Program-made: the position numbers and the translations under genes | Source: Candidatus Nealsonbacteria bacterium | Lineage (GTDB): Bacteria > Patescibacteriota > Minisyncoccia > Minisyncoccales > JAGGXC01 | Assembly: GCA_026396195.1 (NCBI GenBank) | Contig: JAPLXH010000007.1 | Location: 35,006-99,005 of the forward strand | Length of the DNA: 64,000 nucleotides | Direction of reading: 5' to 3' | Notes under the pieces: generated by a model | Told to the model about the DNA's origin: nothing | Database searches by the model: none | The model's input: the letters and a program-made list of their open reading frames with translations, nothing else | Shown: one piece after another, positions 8,352 through 16,739 of the stretch | Numbering within the stretch: the stretch's first letter is position 1 | Layout: every line of letters begins with the position of its first letter

Positions 8352-9113
8352 ATGTTTCCTTTTATATTATTTGGTGCTTTTTTCCTGTTTGTTGTTTTTG
8401 GTTTGGGCGGATTAAGAGTAATTAAACAATATGAAAAAGGAGTGATTCTTACCTTAGGGAAATATACCGGTACTTTTGAGCCTGGACTGCGCTGGATTTT
8501 GGTGGGAATTCAAATAATGACTAAAGTGGACATGAGAATCACCACGGCTGATATTCCCCGGCAAGAAGCGATTACTAAAGACAACGTTCCCGTGGGAATT
8601 AATGCTGTTGTTTATTTTAAAGTTGAAAGGGCCGAAGACGCGGTTTTAAAAATTGAAGATTACCGCTATGCTACTTCTCAATATGCGCTAGCGGCAATGA
8701 GAGATATTGTAGGGGGAGTAGAGCTTGATATTTTGCTTACCGAAAGGGAAAAATTGGCAGCTGAAATTAAAAAAGTAGTGGACGAACAAACTGCTCCCTG
8801 GGGAGTTGATGTTACGGCTATTAAAATGCAAGACATTGAATTACCGGCATCAATGAAGAGAGCGATGGCAGCTCAAGCCGAGGCAGAAAGAGAAAAAAGA
8901 GCCATTATTATTAAAGCTGAAGGAGAAGTAAAGGCCTCGGAAAATATTCAAAAAGCGGCAAATATTTTGGGCTCCATTCCCGGCGGAATGTCTTTAAGAA
9001 CGTTGGGAACTATAGATAAGCTGCAACCTGATCCGTCAAAAACCGTAATTTTTGCTTTGCCAGTAGAAATAATGGAAGGATTCCAGAGTTTACTTTCTTT
9101 AAGAAAAAAATAA
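8352..9113 (+). CDS. SPFH/band-7 (stomatin-like) membrane protein
   Basis: N-terminal TM, then RVIKQYEKGVILTLGKY...GLRWILVGIQ...VPVGINAVVYFKV and a coiled-coil AQAEAEREKRAIIIKAEGE; classic stomatin/HflKC fold. Confidence 0.75.
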   Translation: MFPFILFGAFFLFVVFGLGGLRVIKQYEKGVILTLGKYTGTFEPGLRWILVGIQIMTKVDMRITTADIPRQEAITKDNVPVGINAVVYFKVERAEDAVLKIEDYRYATSQYALAAMRDIVGGVELDILLTEREKLAAEIKKVVDEQTAPWGVDVTAIKMQDIELPASMKRAMAAQAEAEREKRAIIIKAEGEVKASENIQKAANILGSIPGGMSLRTLGTIDKLQPDPSKTVIFALPVEIMEGFQSLLSLRKK

Positions 9114-9136
9114 AAATAATAAAAATTAGCCAATTA

Positions 9137-9170
9137 AAAAAGAGGGTTTCTTAAACCTTCTTTTTATTTT
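9137..9170. terminator. Bidirectional rho-independent terminator between convergent genes
   Basis: AGAGGGTTT-CTT-AAACCTTCT hairpin followed by TTTTTATTTTTT. Confidence 0.5.
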
Positions 9171-9180
9171 TTAAAATTTA

Positions 9181-9972
9181 TTACCTTATTTCTTTCAAAA
9201 AATCCTGCGCTAATTTTGCCGTCTCCCCGGTACTTTTATAAAATGATTTCCAGACAACAACGATATCGGCATCGTTAAACAAAGCTCTTTGAACTTCCGA
9301 AAAAGAATCTCCTCCGGCAATGGCGATTAAAATATCGTATTCGTTTTTTATTCTTTGAATTTCATGGAAAGGAATTTCTTTTTCGGGATTTAAAGCTTCT
9401 TCGTCAACTCCTCGATGCAAAATAACAGCTTTTGGCGGTTTTTCCAATTGGCGCATTACGTTTAAAGGGAATTCAACGTTCATCATGTCGATCATTGAAT
9501 CTAGATTATGTCTTTCGCAATTTTCAATAAAAGCATCTAAGGTTTCTATTGGAGCGTGTCCCAATGCCGTCAAAGCATTGGCTCCGGCTTGTTTAGCAAT
9601 TTCTACTTCTCTTTCTCCCCTATCCATGCATTTTAAGTCGGCGACAATATAGGGAAAAAATTTTTCTTTATTTTCCCTTGGGTTTTTTATTATTTGTGAC
9701 TCTCTTTTTTGCTCTATGGACTTATTGATTAAATCAATCAGCGGAAATCTGATGGTAACGTTCTGATAAGGATTTAATTCGTAACCGAATATCCTTCCCT
9801 CCCACCAATATCTTATATTTCTTATGGCTTCTGCTCCGTATTCTTTTATCAAGGGAGTGCCAGCCTCAATTATAATTCTTCTATCTAAAGGAAGCTGATA
9901 AATAATTTCTTTCGCCTCCCTTAAACTGCTGTTAAGTGCTATTTGTAAATATTTTTGTTTTCTATCTAACAT
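9181..9972 (-). CDS. Orotidine-5'-phosphate decarboxylase-fold protein, 3-hexulose-6-phosphate synthase (HPS/KGPDC)-like
   Basis: YLQIALNSS...IIIEAGTPLIKEYG and DADIVVVW resemble the HPS/KGPDC barrel (QVALD...ELGTPLI). Confidence 0.5.
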   Translation of the reverse strand: MLDRKQKYLQIALNSSLREAKEIIYQLPLDRRIIIEAGTPLIKEYGAEAIRNIRYWWEGRIFGYELNPYQNVTIRFPLIDLINKSIEQKRESQIIKNPRENKEKFFPYIVADLKCMDRGEREVEIAKQAGANALTALGHAPIETLDAFIENCERHNLDSMIDMMNVEFPLNVMRQLEKPPKAVILHRGVDEEALNPEKEIPFHEIQRIKNEYDILIAIAGGDSFSEVQRALFNDADIVVVWKSFYKSTGETAKLAQDFLKEIR

Positions 9973-9988
9973 ATGTTTATTTAATCTA

Positions 9989-10046
9989 TTCTACCTTGTC
10001 CGTCCTTAGCTCTCAAGAACGAAGGAAAACTTATCCGTCCGTAGCC
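9989..10046. promoter_or_regulatory. Conserved intergenic motif, copies A and B (TTCTACCTTGTCCGTCC(T/G)TAGC; also found at 13449..13471)
   Basis: 9989-10010 TTCTACCTTGTCCGTCCTTAGC; 10030-10046 CTTATCCGTCCGTAGCC. Read on the minus strand it is GCTA(A/C)GGACGGACAAGGTAGAATA, 15-30 nt upstream of the ATG of gene 9181..9972. Confidence 0.4.
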
Positions 10047-10115
10047 TTAACAAAAAGGAGGAACAAAAAATGCTAAAACTTTTTTATTAATAAAAAAGTG
10101 GAAAACTAAGGCCTT

Positions 10116-10143
10116 GACAAAGATGGCTGGTCGAATACAATAG
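10116..10143 (+). promoter_or_regulatory. Sigma-70-like promoter for the AsnA-like gene
   Basis: TTGACA-N16-TACAAT located 55-80 nt upstream of the start codon. Confidence 0.4.
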
Positions 10144-10227
10144 AAAAAATGCGTAAAAAAAAGTGGAAATTAAAAAACAATAAAGGTCGAAGCTTAATTG
10201 CCCATTAGGGCGATTTTTTTTAAATTT

Positions 10228-11232
10228 ATGGAAGATAAAATTGCCACGGCTAAATTAGAAAACCAAGTAATAAAATCAATGAGAAACTGGCTGGAAGAAG
10301 CCAATTTTTTTGAGATTTTTCCGCCAAAAATAGTCAGAGCTTCCGGCGCCTGCGAAAACGTTGACACCTTATTTGAAATAGGAGTAAATGGAAACTTTTA
10401 TTGGTTTAATCCCAACTCTCCCCACCGAACTTACCTTTCCCAAACTGCTCAGTTATACCTTGAAGCTTTTGTCCCTTATCTTAAAAAAGTTTATTCAGTA
10501 GGTCCAAGTTTTCGGGCAGAAGAAGGAGTTGATAACCGCCATTTAACTGAGTTTTCAATGATGGAAATTGAATTTGCCGGAAATTTTAACGAGCTCTTGT
10601 CTTATATTGAAAAGGTTATTTATCAAGTCATTGAAGATGTCTTAAATCTACCGGAAAAAACAAAGGAAGAAATGAATTTTAAGAAAGAAGATACGGAAAG
10701 ATTGGAAAAGGTGAAACCTATTTTTCCAAAAATTACTTACGACGATGCAACCAGAATTCTTGAGCTTCCTTTTGGCAGCGACATTTCCTCGAAAAATGAA
10801 CAAAAATTAGCTGCCCAGTTCGGAGAACAGCCCTTTTTTATCACTCATTTCCCGAATCCTTTATATGACCATGGAAAAGAAATTGAAGTTGAAAAATTTT
10901 TTAACATGATACCTGACCCTCAAAAACCGGAAAGAGTTCTTTCTGCTGATTTAATCATACCCTTTGGAGGAGAATGTGTCGGAGCGGCCCAAAGAGTCCA
11001 CAAGCCGGAAGAATTAAGATGGAGGCTTGAACATTCAAGGATGTTCAAAAGATTGGAGAAAAAAGGCGGAGGACTGGAAGACTTTAATTGGTATTTCCAA
11101 AAAATAAAAGAAAAAAGCGTTCCTCATGCCGGTTGCGGATTCGGAATAGGAAGAATTCTCAAATTTTTAAAAGGAGAGGAAGATATCAAAAAAGCGATTA
11201 CTTTTCCCTCAAACCAAAAAAGTGTAATTTAA
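10228..11232 (+). CDS. Class II aminoacyl-tRNA-synthetase catalytic-core protein lacking an anticodon-binding domain (AsnA-like asparagine synthetase / truncated AsnRS-AspRS paralog)
   Basis: Motif 1 FFEIFPPKIV, motif 2 FRAEEGVDNRHLTEFSMMEIEFA, motif 3 GCGFGIGRILKFL; there is no N-terminal OB-fold. Confidence 0.5.
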   Translation: MEDKIATAKLENQVIKSMRNWLEEANFFEIFPPKIVRASGACENVDTLFEIGVNGNFYWFNPNSPHRTYLSQTAQLYLEAFVPYLKKVYSVGPSFRAEEGVDNRHLTEFSMMEIEFAGNFNELLSYIEKVIYQVIEDVLNLPEKTKEEMNFKKEDTERLEKVKPIFPKITYDDATRILELPFGSDISSKNEQKLAAQFGEQPFFITHFPNPLYDHGKEIEVEKFFNMIPDPQKPERVLSADLIIPFGGECVGAAQRVHKPEELRWRLEHSRMFKRLEKKGGGLEDFNWYFQKIKEKSVPHAGCGFGIGRILKFLKGEEDIKKAITFPSNQKSVI

Positions 11233-11266
11233 AAATATAAAATATGAAGAATTTAGAGCTTATTTA

Positions 11267-11968
11267 TTAGGTATATACTCTGAAAGACCTGTAAATCTTC
11301 ATGCTCGCGACTAAATAACCAATGCCAAAAGGAAATTCATAAGATAAAATATCTGTTTTCCGAGTTACGCTTATGCTATTATCTACGCCGCAAGCATTCA
11401 AAATGCCCAAAAGAAAACAAATAGGCCTTAAACCGCATTCACCGGATTCAGGATATTTTTCGTTCAATTTAAAAATATTTTTCAGATCTTTTTTCTTTAA
11501 ATATTTTATTAAAGCCTCGTCAAATTTTGGACCGTCCGGATGAAAACCGTAAGGACCGTCTTTTTTTAAACAATGAGATAAATCGCTCGAAGCAATTAAA
11601 GCAATATTGGGTTTCGAATCCTTAATTTGCGTTTTATACATTTTTTCTCCTTCTTCAAAATAAAACTGCGGTGATTTTTCTTCGGTTAAATAAGTTTTAA
11701 TATAATTTTTTTGCTCGCTGCTAAATCCCACTTCTATTGCGGGCGTTTTATTTTTTTCTCCCACCAAAAAATACAAAGGAACGTCAAAACCCCAATTTTT
11801 ATGAGGAGAGGAAATTATTATTAGCTCTGGCTTTAGTTTTGTGAGCGTATTTCTTAATTTCTCCAAAGCATTTATCGTATTTTTAAATTTTTCCCTGTCT
11901 TCTTTCGACCCCACTGAAGGCAGAAGCAATGGCGAGTGGGGAACAATACAAGCAAAATTTATGGGCAT
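11267..11968 (-). CDS. LigB/DODA (class III extradiol dioxygenase) or MEMO1-like family protein
   Basis: IVPHSPLL near the N-terminus and the SSDLSH motif; the assignment is tentative. Confidence 0.35.
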   Translation of the reverse strand: MPINFACIVPHSPLLLPSVGSKEDREKFKNTINALEKLRNTLTKLKPELIIISSPHKNWGFDVPLYFLVGEKNKTPAIEVGFSSEQKNYIKTYLTEEKSPQFYFEEGEKMYKTQIKDSKPNIALIASSDLSHCLKKDGPYGFHPDGPKFDEALIKYLKKKDLKNIFKLNEKYPESGECGLRPICFLLGILNACGVDNSISVTRKTDILSYEFPFGIGYLVASMKIYRSFRVYT

Positions 11969-12013
11969 GCTGTTTTTTAATTATTTATTATTTTATTCTA
12001 CCACTATTTTTAC

Positions 12014-12802
12014 TTATTCCTCTCTTGAAGGAGCTTTTAATCTTAATTGGTCTTTTAGTTTTGTGTTTTCCTCCATAAGCAAACCAACCTTCCCCTGCTC
12101 TTGACCAACCGAAACCATTATTTGGTTTATTTTAATCTCTCTCTCTTTTAATTCTTTTTTTTGTTCTCTAATAATTCCGTCTTTAATCTCTATCTCCTTT
12201 TTAAAAACCGCTTCCTTACCTTCATGCTTTACGTTCTGGAATTTTAAAGCATTTCTCAATAACCTAATCCAACGCTTCTTTTGTCCTACCTTCGTTGTCC
12301 CAGGCTCAATCTTCTTTAGGGTAGCTTTTTGAAGGGCTTCAAAGTTTGAAGGGGGTTCAAATTGAAGGGCTTCATTTTGAAGGGGGTTCAATTGAAGGGG
12401 TTCAAAATTTGAAGGGGGTTCACTTCTTTTTTGAAGGGCTTCAATTCTATCTCTTACATTGTCTTTTAATTTCTGAAAGTAACTTCTTTTATTCTTAACA
12501 AAACCTTTAAACCCTTGAGTATAAATCCATTCAAAATCTTTCCTGCCTTCCTCTTCACTTGCGGCTTTTTTCCTTAAAATTGAACCTGCTTCAATAAACT
12601 TTGAAGGGGAATCGTTCCAATTAAGCCCTTCTGTCTTCAGAGCTTCACGCACCCTTCTTTCTAGGGTGCTTTTAGATATTTGAAGGGCTTCAATTATTTG
12701 AAGGGCTTCAAAATTTGAAGGGGGTTCAATTGAAGGGGGTTCAACTTGAAGGGCTTCATTTTGAAGGGGGTTCAATTGAAGGGGTTCATTTTTCTTTGTC
12801 AT
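12014..12802 (-). CDS. Hypothetical protein with an excisionase/MerR-like HTH core; its coding sequence spans two palindromic tandem-repeat arrays
   Basis: Central region ISKSTLERRVREALKTEG resembles an HTH; the C-terminus is a K/E-rich coiled-coil; the N-terminal and mid segments (EPPSNFEALQ / NPLQNEALQ) are translations of the DNA repeat arrays. Confidence 0.35.
   Translation of the reverse strand: MTKKNEPLQLNPLQNEALQVEPPSIEPPSNFEALQIIEALQISKSTLERRVREALKTEGLNWNDSPSKFIEAGSILRKKAASEEEGRKDFEWIYTQGFKGFVKNKRSYFQKLKDNVRDRIEALQKRSEPPSNFEPLQLNPLQNEALQFEPPSNFEALQKATLKKIEPGTTKVGQKKRWIRLLRNALKFQNVKHEGKEAVFKKEIEIKDGIIREQKKELKEREIKINQIMVSVGQEQGKVGLLMEENTKLKDQLRLKAPSREE
12329..12444. repeat. Tandem array of 7 palindromic units TTGAAG-G(G/C)(G)-CTTCAA (13-16 nt period), array 1
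   Basis: Read directly from sequence. Each unit is itself an inverted repeat (TTGAAG / CTTCAA). Confidence 0.8.
12680..12789. repeat. Tandem array of 7 palindromic units TTGAAG-G(G/C)(G)-CTTCAA, array 2
   Basis: Read directly from sequence. Same unit as array 1, 235 bp away. Confidence 0.8.
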
Positions 12803-12886
12803 ACAAATTAATTATACAACACAATAGGACATATTCTAAAATAAACCTGTGGATAGTCCTACTAATATCTTTGCGGAGAATTAAAT

Positions 12887-12910
12887 AATCCATGGATATA
12901 GCCATGGATT
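12887..12910. promoter_or_regulatory. Imperfect 13-nt inverted repeat AATCCATGGATAT / ATAGCCATGGATT (operator-like)
   Basis: Located in the 200-bp intergenic region upstream of the repeat-containing gene. Confidence 0.3.
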
Positions 12911-13006
12911 TAATATTCTTAAAACATCGTCCCCAAATAGAACACTTACCCGTCAGGAGGGAGGAGGGATATAAGGCCTATTTTTAAATTTAATTTAAAA
13001 AAATTA

Positions 13007-13420
13007 TTAATCTATTATTTCATCAATAGGGGTTCCAGTTGCTCTTTGACATATTGTCCTTAAGGCGGACTCATTATCTATTTTTCCGCATAAGTCGGGG
13101 GTTTGATTTTTAACGGCATAACAGTATAAACATAGACTTTTATTTATCGACTTATCAAATCCTGGACAATCGGAGTCAGGGTTACCACTTAAATCTCCCT
13201 TAAGAAAATCGGCGCAAGTTAATTTAAGGCTTTCAATTGTTGATTTTATTGATTCGTCTAAAGCGGCTGAATCAATTTCTTCATTTTTTTGCTGAACAGG
13301 TTCGTTTGTTTCTTGTTTTTTAGAACTGGGCTTTAAAAAAGAAGTTGTAATAATAACCGCTATAATTACTACTGCTACGATTACTACTGCTATTATTCCT
13401 ATTAATATTTTTTTATTCAT
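13007..13420 (-). CDS. Small membrane-anchored cysteine-rich secreted protein (hypothetical)
   Basis: N-terminal TM (IGIIAVVIVAVVIIAVII), then 7 Cys in 100 aa. Confidence 0.4.
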   Translation of the reverse strand: MNKKILIGIIAVVIVAVVIIAVIITTSFLKPSSKKQETNEPVQQKNEEIDSAALDESIKSTIESLKLTCADFLKGDLSGNPDSDCPGFDKSINKSLCLYCYAVKNQTPDLCGKIDNESALRTICQRATGTPIDEIID

Positions 13421-13448
13421 AATTTTAAATTATTTAATTATTGTTTTA

Positions 13449-13471
13449 TTCTACCTTGTCCGTCCGTAGCC
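13449..13471. promoter_or_regulatory. Conserved intergenic motif, copy C (TTCTACCTTGTCCGTCCGTAGCC)
   Basis: Near-identical to 9989-10010; on the minus strand it lies 29-51 nt upstream of the ATG of gene 13007..13420. Confidence 0.4.
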
Positions 13472-13583
13472 TGTAAAGGTGGAGGAGAGATGCGAAGTCC
13501 TGAATTCATTGAAGAATTAGAACCTGTTTGACAAAATTTTCTTAAAAGTTAAAGATAATTTCAGAACTTTAAAAAGTGATCTT

Positions 13584-13805
13584 ATGAAAAAAGAAAGGTT
13601 TATTGAAATAATGAAAGAGGAAGGAAACTATACTGACGAAGAAATAGAGACGATATGGAGTGGTGCACCTCCAGATATAGACGAAGAAAAATTAAGACAA
13701 ATAGCCAAAAAGTTTGCAAAAACAGAACTTCAAGACATAAGACTCAAGAAAGAAATAAATCGTCAAATAAAAAAATTCCAACTTGAAAAATTAGAAAAGA
13801 TATAA
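13584..13805 (+). CDS. Small acidic hypothetical protein
   Basis: 73 aa ORF followed by a strong terminator. Confidence 0.35.
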   Translation: MKKERFIEIMKEEGNYTDEEIETIWSGAPPDIDEEKLRQIAKKFAKTELQDIRLKKEINRQIKKFQLEKLEKI

Positions 13806-13823
13806 TTCAAAAATTAATATTTT

Positions 13824-13857
13824 AACTCTTGTGTATTTTTTAACAAGAGTTTTTTAT
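13824..13857 (+). terminator. Rho-independent terminator
   Basis: AACTCTTGT-(loop)-ACAAGAGTT followed by TTTTTATT. Confidence 0.6.
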
Positions 13858-13971
13858 TATCAAAAAAACCGCCCCAATCGCTATCAAGACGATTTTTCCG
13901 TTAATTCAAATTTCTGAAAATAAAAAGACTCAAGTAAAATTTTATTTTCTACAAGAGTCTAGGGTTATTTT

Positions 13972-14511
13972 TTAGGATTTAAGTTCCCATTTGAATTCCC
14001 ATTTTCCTTCTAAAAATGGGAATATTTTTTCTTGCCAAAAAGAAATTAATAGATCTTCTGGGCAACTATATCCCGTGTTCAGCATAACCGTTGAAAACGC
14101 TTTAACTGCCTCTTTTTTCGCTTCTGGCAAATAGGGTGACTGAAATCTTGAAAGAACATCCGCGGCTGCCAAAGCTGCGCCTTTCAAATCTTCTTCGCTT
14201 AAAAGATGAAAGGCTCTCCAAACTGTCCAGACAATAAAAGCTGTTTGATTTTTAAAAACCTTTGGCATCTTTTTTTCTGGATCGAACAAGAATCCAAATG
14301 GTCTTAGATGCTGATATTTCTTCCACACACGGTCTAATTGCGTTATTTCGTTTAACGTAAGAAAATCAGAGCTTTCTTCTTCGACATAAGCTTTCGCTTT
14401 TTTATCCATCTTTTTAATGAATGTCTTTTCTTGGTTGTCTAAGGAATTTAATGCATATTTTTTAAGATTTTCCAATTCTTCCGGTCCTTGTAAACAAGAT
14501 ATATCTCTCAT
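13972..14511 (-). CDS. Hypothetical protein
   Basis: 179 aa ORF, no recognisable motif. Confidence 0.4.
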   Translation of the reverse strand: MRDISCLQGPEELENLKKYALNSLDNQEKTFIKKMDKKAKAYVEEESSDFLTLNEITQLDRVWKKYQHLRPFGFLFDPEKKMPKVFKNQTAFIVWTVWRAFHLLSEEDLKGAALAAADVLSRFQSPYLPEAKKEAVKAFSTVMLNTGYSCPEDLLISFWQEKIFPFLEGKWEFKWELKS

Positions 14512-14613
14512 ATTATTTCACCTACTTTTTGTTAATGATACTAAAAATACTCTATAAAGTTTTAATAAAAAAAGCAAGCTCGATAAATCGAGTAATATTG
14601 AACAAAAATAAAC

Positions 14614-15495
14614 CTATAAAAATAAACTGATTAAATACCCCAAAATTGAGAACAAGGCAATTGGCGGTAAAGCTGGAATTGCTTTTCTTTCTTTTTGAAG
14701 AGTAAAGATAAAAAAGCTGAAAAGAAGTCCGATTATGGAAAATATGCCAACTATCAAAGAAGAAAAAACATTTCTTGAAATTAAAGAAGAGCAAAGCATT
14801 AAAGGAAAGGCAATATCCCCTCCGCCTAAAATTAAAAATTTGCCACCAGCTTTTACTTCTTTGATATTTCCTTTAAAGTCCGATATTTTTGGCGGAACAA
14901 TCAATGCTAAAATCGCCCGATGCTCCACCATTTCTTTTGCCATGGTTACCATGTGCTTGGTTTTATAAACCGCAATAAAATCGTATATCGAAAAAATTAT
15001 CAAAAGCAAAATCATGGTTTCCGGAGCAATTCTTAACCCCAAAATCGCTCCCACTCCGGCTACCCCCAAGATAATACAAATATTGTGAATTAAAACCGAA
15101 GGTCTCTTCAATAGCAAAAAAATTAAAAAAATTGATAAAAAAATAGCAAAAACAGCTCCTGAAAAAGAAAATAGGCTTTCCAGCCAAACATCTAATGTCA
15201 ATAAAATTCCCCAAAAAAGAACAAAAACAAAAAGGCTCTTAAAAATTATCCCTTTCTTTGTTTTAGATTTAATAAAAAAAATAACTGATAAAATCAGCAA
15301 GGTACCCAAGGCGAAAGAAAAAATAAACTGCCAAGGATTAATAGGGGAGACGGAAGCCTGCTGAACACCCATAAATCTGGATATCTGAAAAGAAGTGGCA
15401 ATCCCTAAAAACAAAGTTAAAGAAAATAAAACAATTTCCCAAAAAATAAAACTTATCTGAGTTTTTTTACTCTGTTCTTTAATGTTTTCAGACAT
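14614..15495 (-). CDS. Presenilin / signal-peptide-peptidase-like intramembrane aspartyl protease (A22 family)
   Basis: Polytopic membrane protein with the YD motif (IFSIYDFIAVY), the GxGD motif (LILGGGDIAFP) and a C-terminal PAL motif (KAIPALPP), in the canonical order and spacing. Confidence 0.6.
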   Translation of the reverse strand: MSENIKEQSKKTQISFIFWEIVLFSLTLFLGIATSFQISRFMGVQQASVSPINPWQFIFSFALGTLLILSVIFFIKSKTKKGIIFKSLFVFVLFWGILLTLDVWLESLFSFSGAVFAIFLSIFLIFLLLKRPSVLIHNICIILGVAGVGAILGLRIAPETMILLLIIFSIYDFIAVYKTKHMVTMAKEMVEHRAILALIVPPKISDFKGNIKEVKAGGKFLILGGGDIAFPLMLCSSLISRNVFSSLIVGIFSIIGLLFSFFIFTLQKERKAIPALPPIALFSILGYLISLFL

Positions 15496-15574
15496 TTTCT
15501 ATATATAAATTGGTCGGGAGTTCGATAGGTTGTTTTCCCTTTTTTAGCTTGCTTAGAGGAATGACTCTTCATTT

Positions 15575-16720
15575 TTAAGCTAGCTTTTTTAGTTCTTCTA
15601 TTTTATCAGTTCTTTCCCAGGTAAATTCCGGCTCAGTTCTGCCGAAATGACCATAACTGGCGGTTTTCAAATAAATCGGCCTTAACAAATCCAAGCCAGT
15701 GATGATTCCGCCCGGTGACATGTCAAAAACCTTAGGAATAATTTCTACTATTTTCTCTTCCGGAATTTTGGCTGTCCCGAAAGTATCCACGCTTATTTCA
15801 AGAGGCTGGGTGCCTCCGATTACATAAGAAAACCTTACCAAGCATTTTTCAGCTAAGTCAGCGGCAACAATATTTTTCGCAACATAACGGGCCATATAAG
15901 CAGCGGACCTGTCCACTTTTGTCGGGTCTTTGCCTGACATCGCTCCTCCGCCAACCGGTACCCAGGCGCCGTAAGTATCAACCATTATTTTTCTACCGGT
16001 CATTCCGGTGTCTGACGCCGGACCGCCGATTACAAAACGTCCGGTATTGTTAATAAAAAATTTCGTATCTTTAGTTAGATAATCTCCGCAAATCGGTTTT
16101 ATTACTTCATTAATCACGCCTTCTTTGACCTTCTCCAAAGAAATATCGTCATGCTGGGCGGCAATCACAACCGAATTTACTCTTCTTGGAATATTATTTT
16201 CATATTCAATTGTAACTTGGCTTTTGCCGTCAGGCCTTAAATAAGGTAAAATCTTATCTTTCCTGACTTGAGATAGTTTTTTAACTAATTTATGGGCCAG
16301 CATTATGGGAAGAGGCATTAATTCCGGAGTTTCATTACAGGCGAACCCTATCATCATCCCTTGGTCTCCGGCTCCCTGCTCTTTGCTAGCGGTTTTCTTA
16401 ACGCCCATGGCAATATCAGGAGACTGCTCGTGGATGCTGTTAAAAATAGCAACTGAATTGCCGTCAAACCCGTATTCCGGCTTATTATACCCTATATTTT
16501 TTATTACATTTCTTGCTAAATTGGCAACATCAAGCCAAGCGGAAGTGGTAACCTCTCCTCCGATAACCGCGTATCCCATTCCGACTAAAACTTCGCAAGC
16601 CACCCGGCTGTTTTTATCTTGTTTTAAAGCGTCGTCTAAAATAACGTCTGAAATTTGATCCGCTACTTTATCGGGATGCCCTTCCGTCACTGATTCTGAA
16701 GTAAAGAAAAAATTTTTCAT
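15575..16720 (-). CDS. metK: S-adenosylmethionine synthetase
   Basis: FTSESVTEGHPDKVADQISD and GGGAMSGKDPTKVDRSAAY motifs. Confidence 0.9.
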   Translation of the reverse strand: MKNFFFTSESVTEGHPDKVADQISDVILDDALKQDKNSRVACEVLVGMGYAVIGGEVTTSAWLDVANLARNVIKNIGYNKPEYGFDGNSVAIFNSIHEQSPDIAMGVKKTASKEQGAGDQGMMIGFACNETPELMPLPIMLAHKLVKKLSQVRKDKILPYLRPDGKSQVTIEYENNIPRRVNSVVIAAQHDDISLEKVKEGVINEVIKPICGDYLTKDTKFFINNTGRFVIGGPASDTGMTGRKIMVDTYGAWVPVGGGAMSGKDPTKVDRSAAYMARYVAKNIVAADLAEKCLVRFSYVIGGTQPLEISVDTFGTAKIPEEKIVEIIPKVFDMSPGGIITGLDLLRPIYLKTASYGHFGRTEPEFTWERTDKIEELKKLA

Positions 16721-16739
16721 ATTTTTTTCGATTTAATTT

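Noticed and set aside
12329-12789. CRISPR array
   Set aside because: The units are 13-16 nt, contiguous and palindromic with no spacers, and lie inside an ORF. This is not a CRISPR architecture.
14552-15214. ORFs 14552..14794(-), 14735..14968(+), 14963..15214(-)
   Set aside because: All overlap the presenilin-like membrane protein gene in other frames or strands; hydrophobic low-complexity artefacts.
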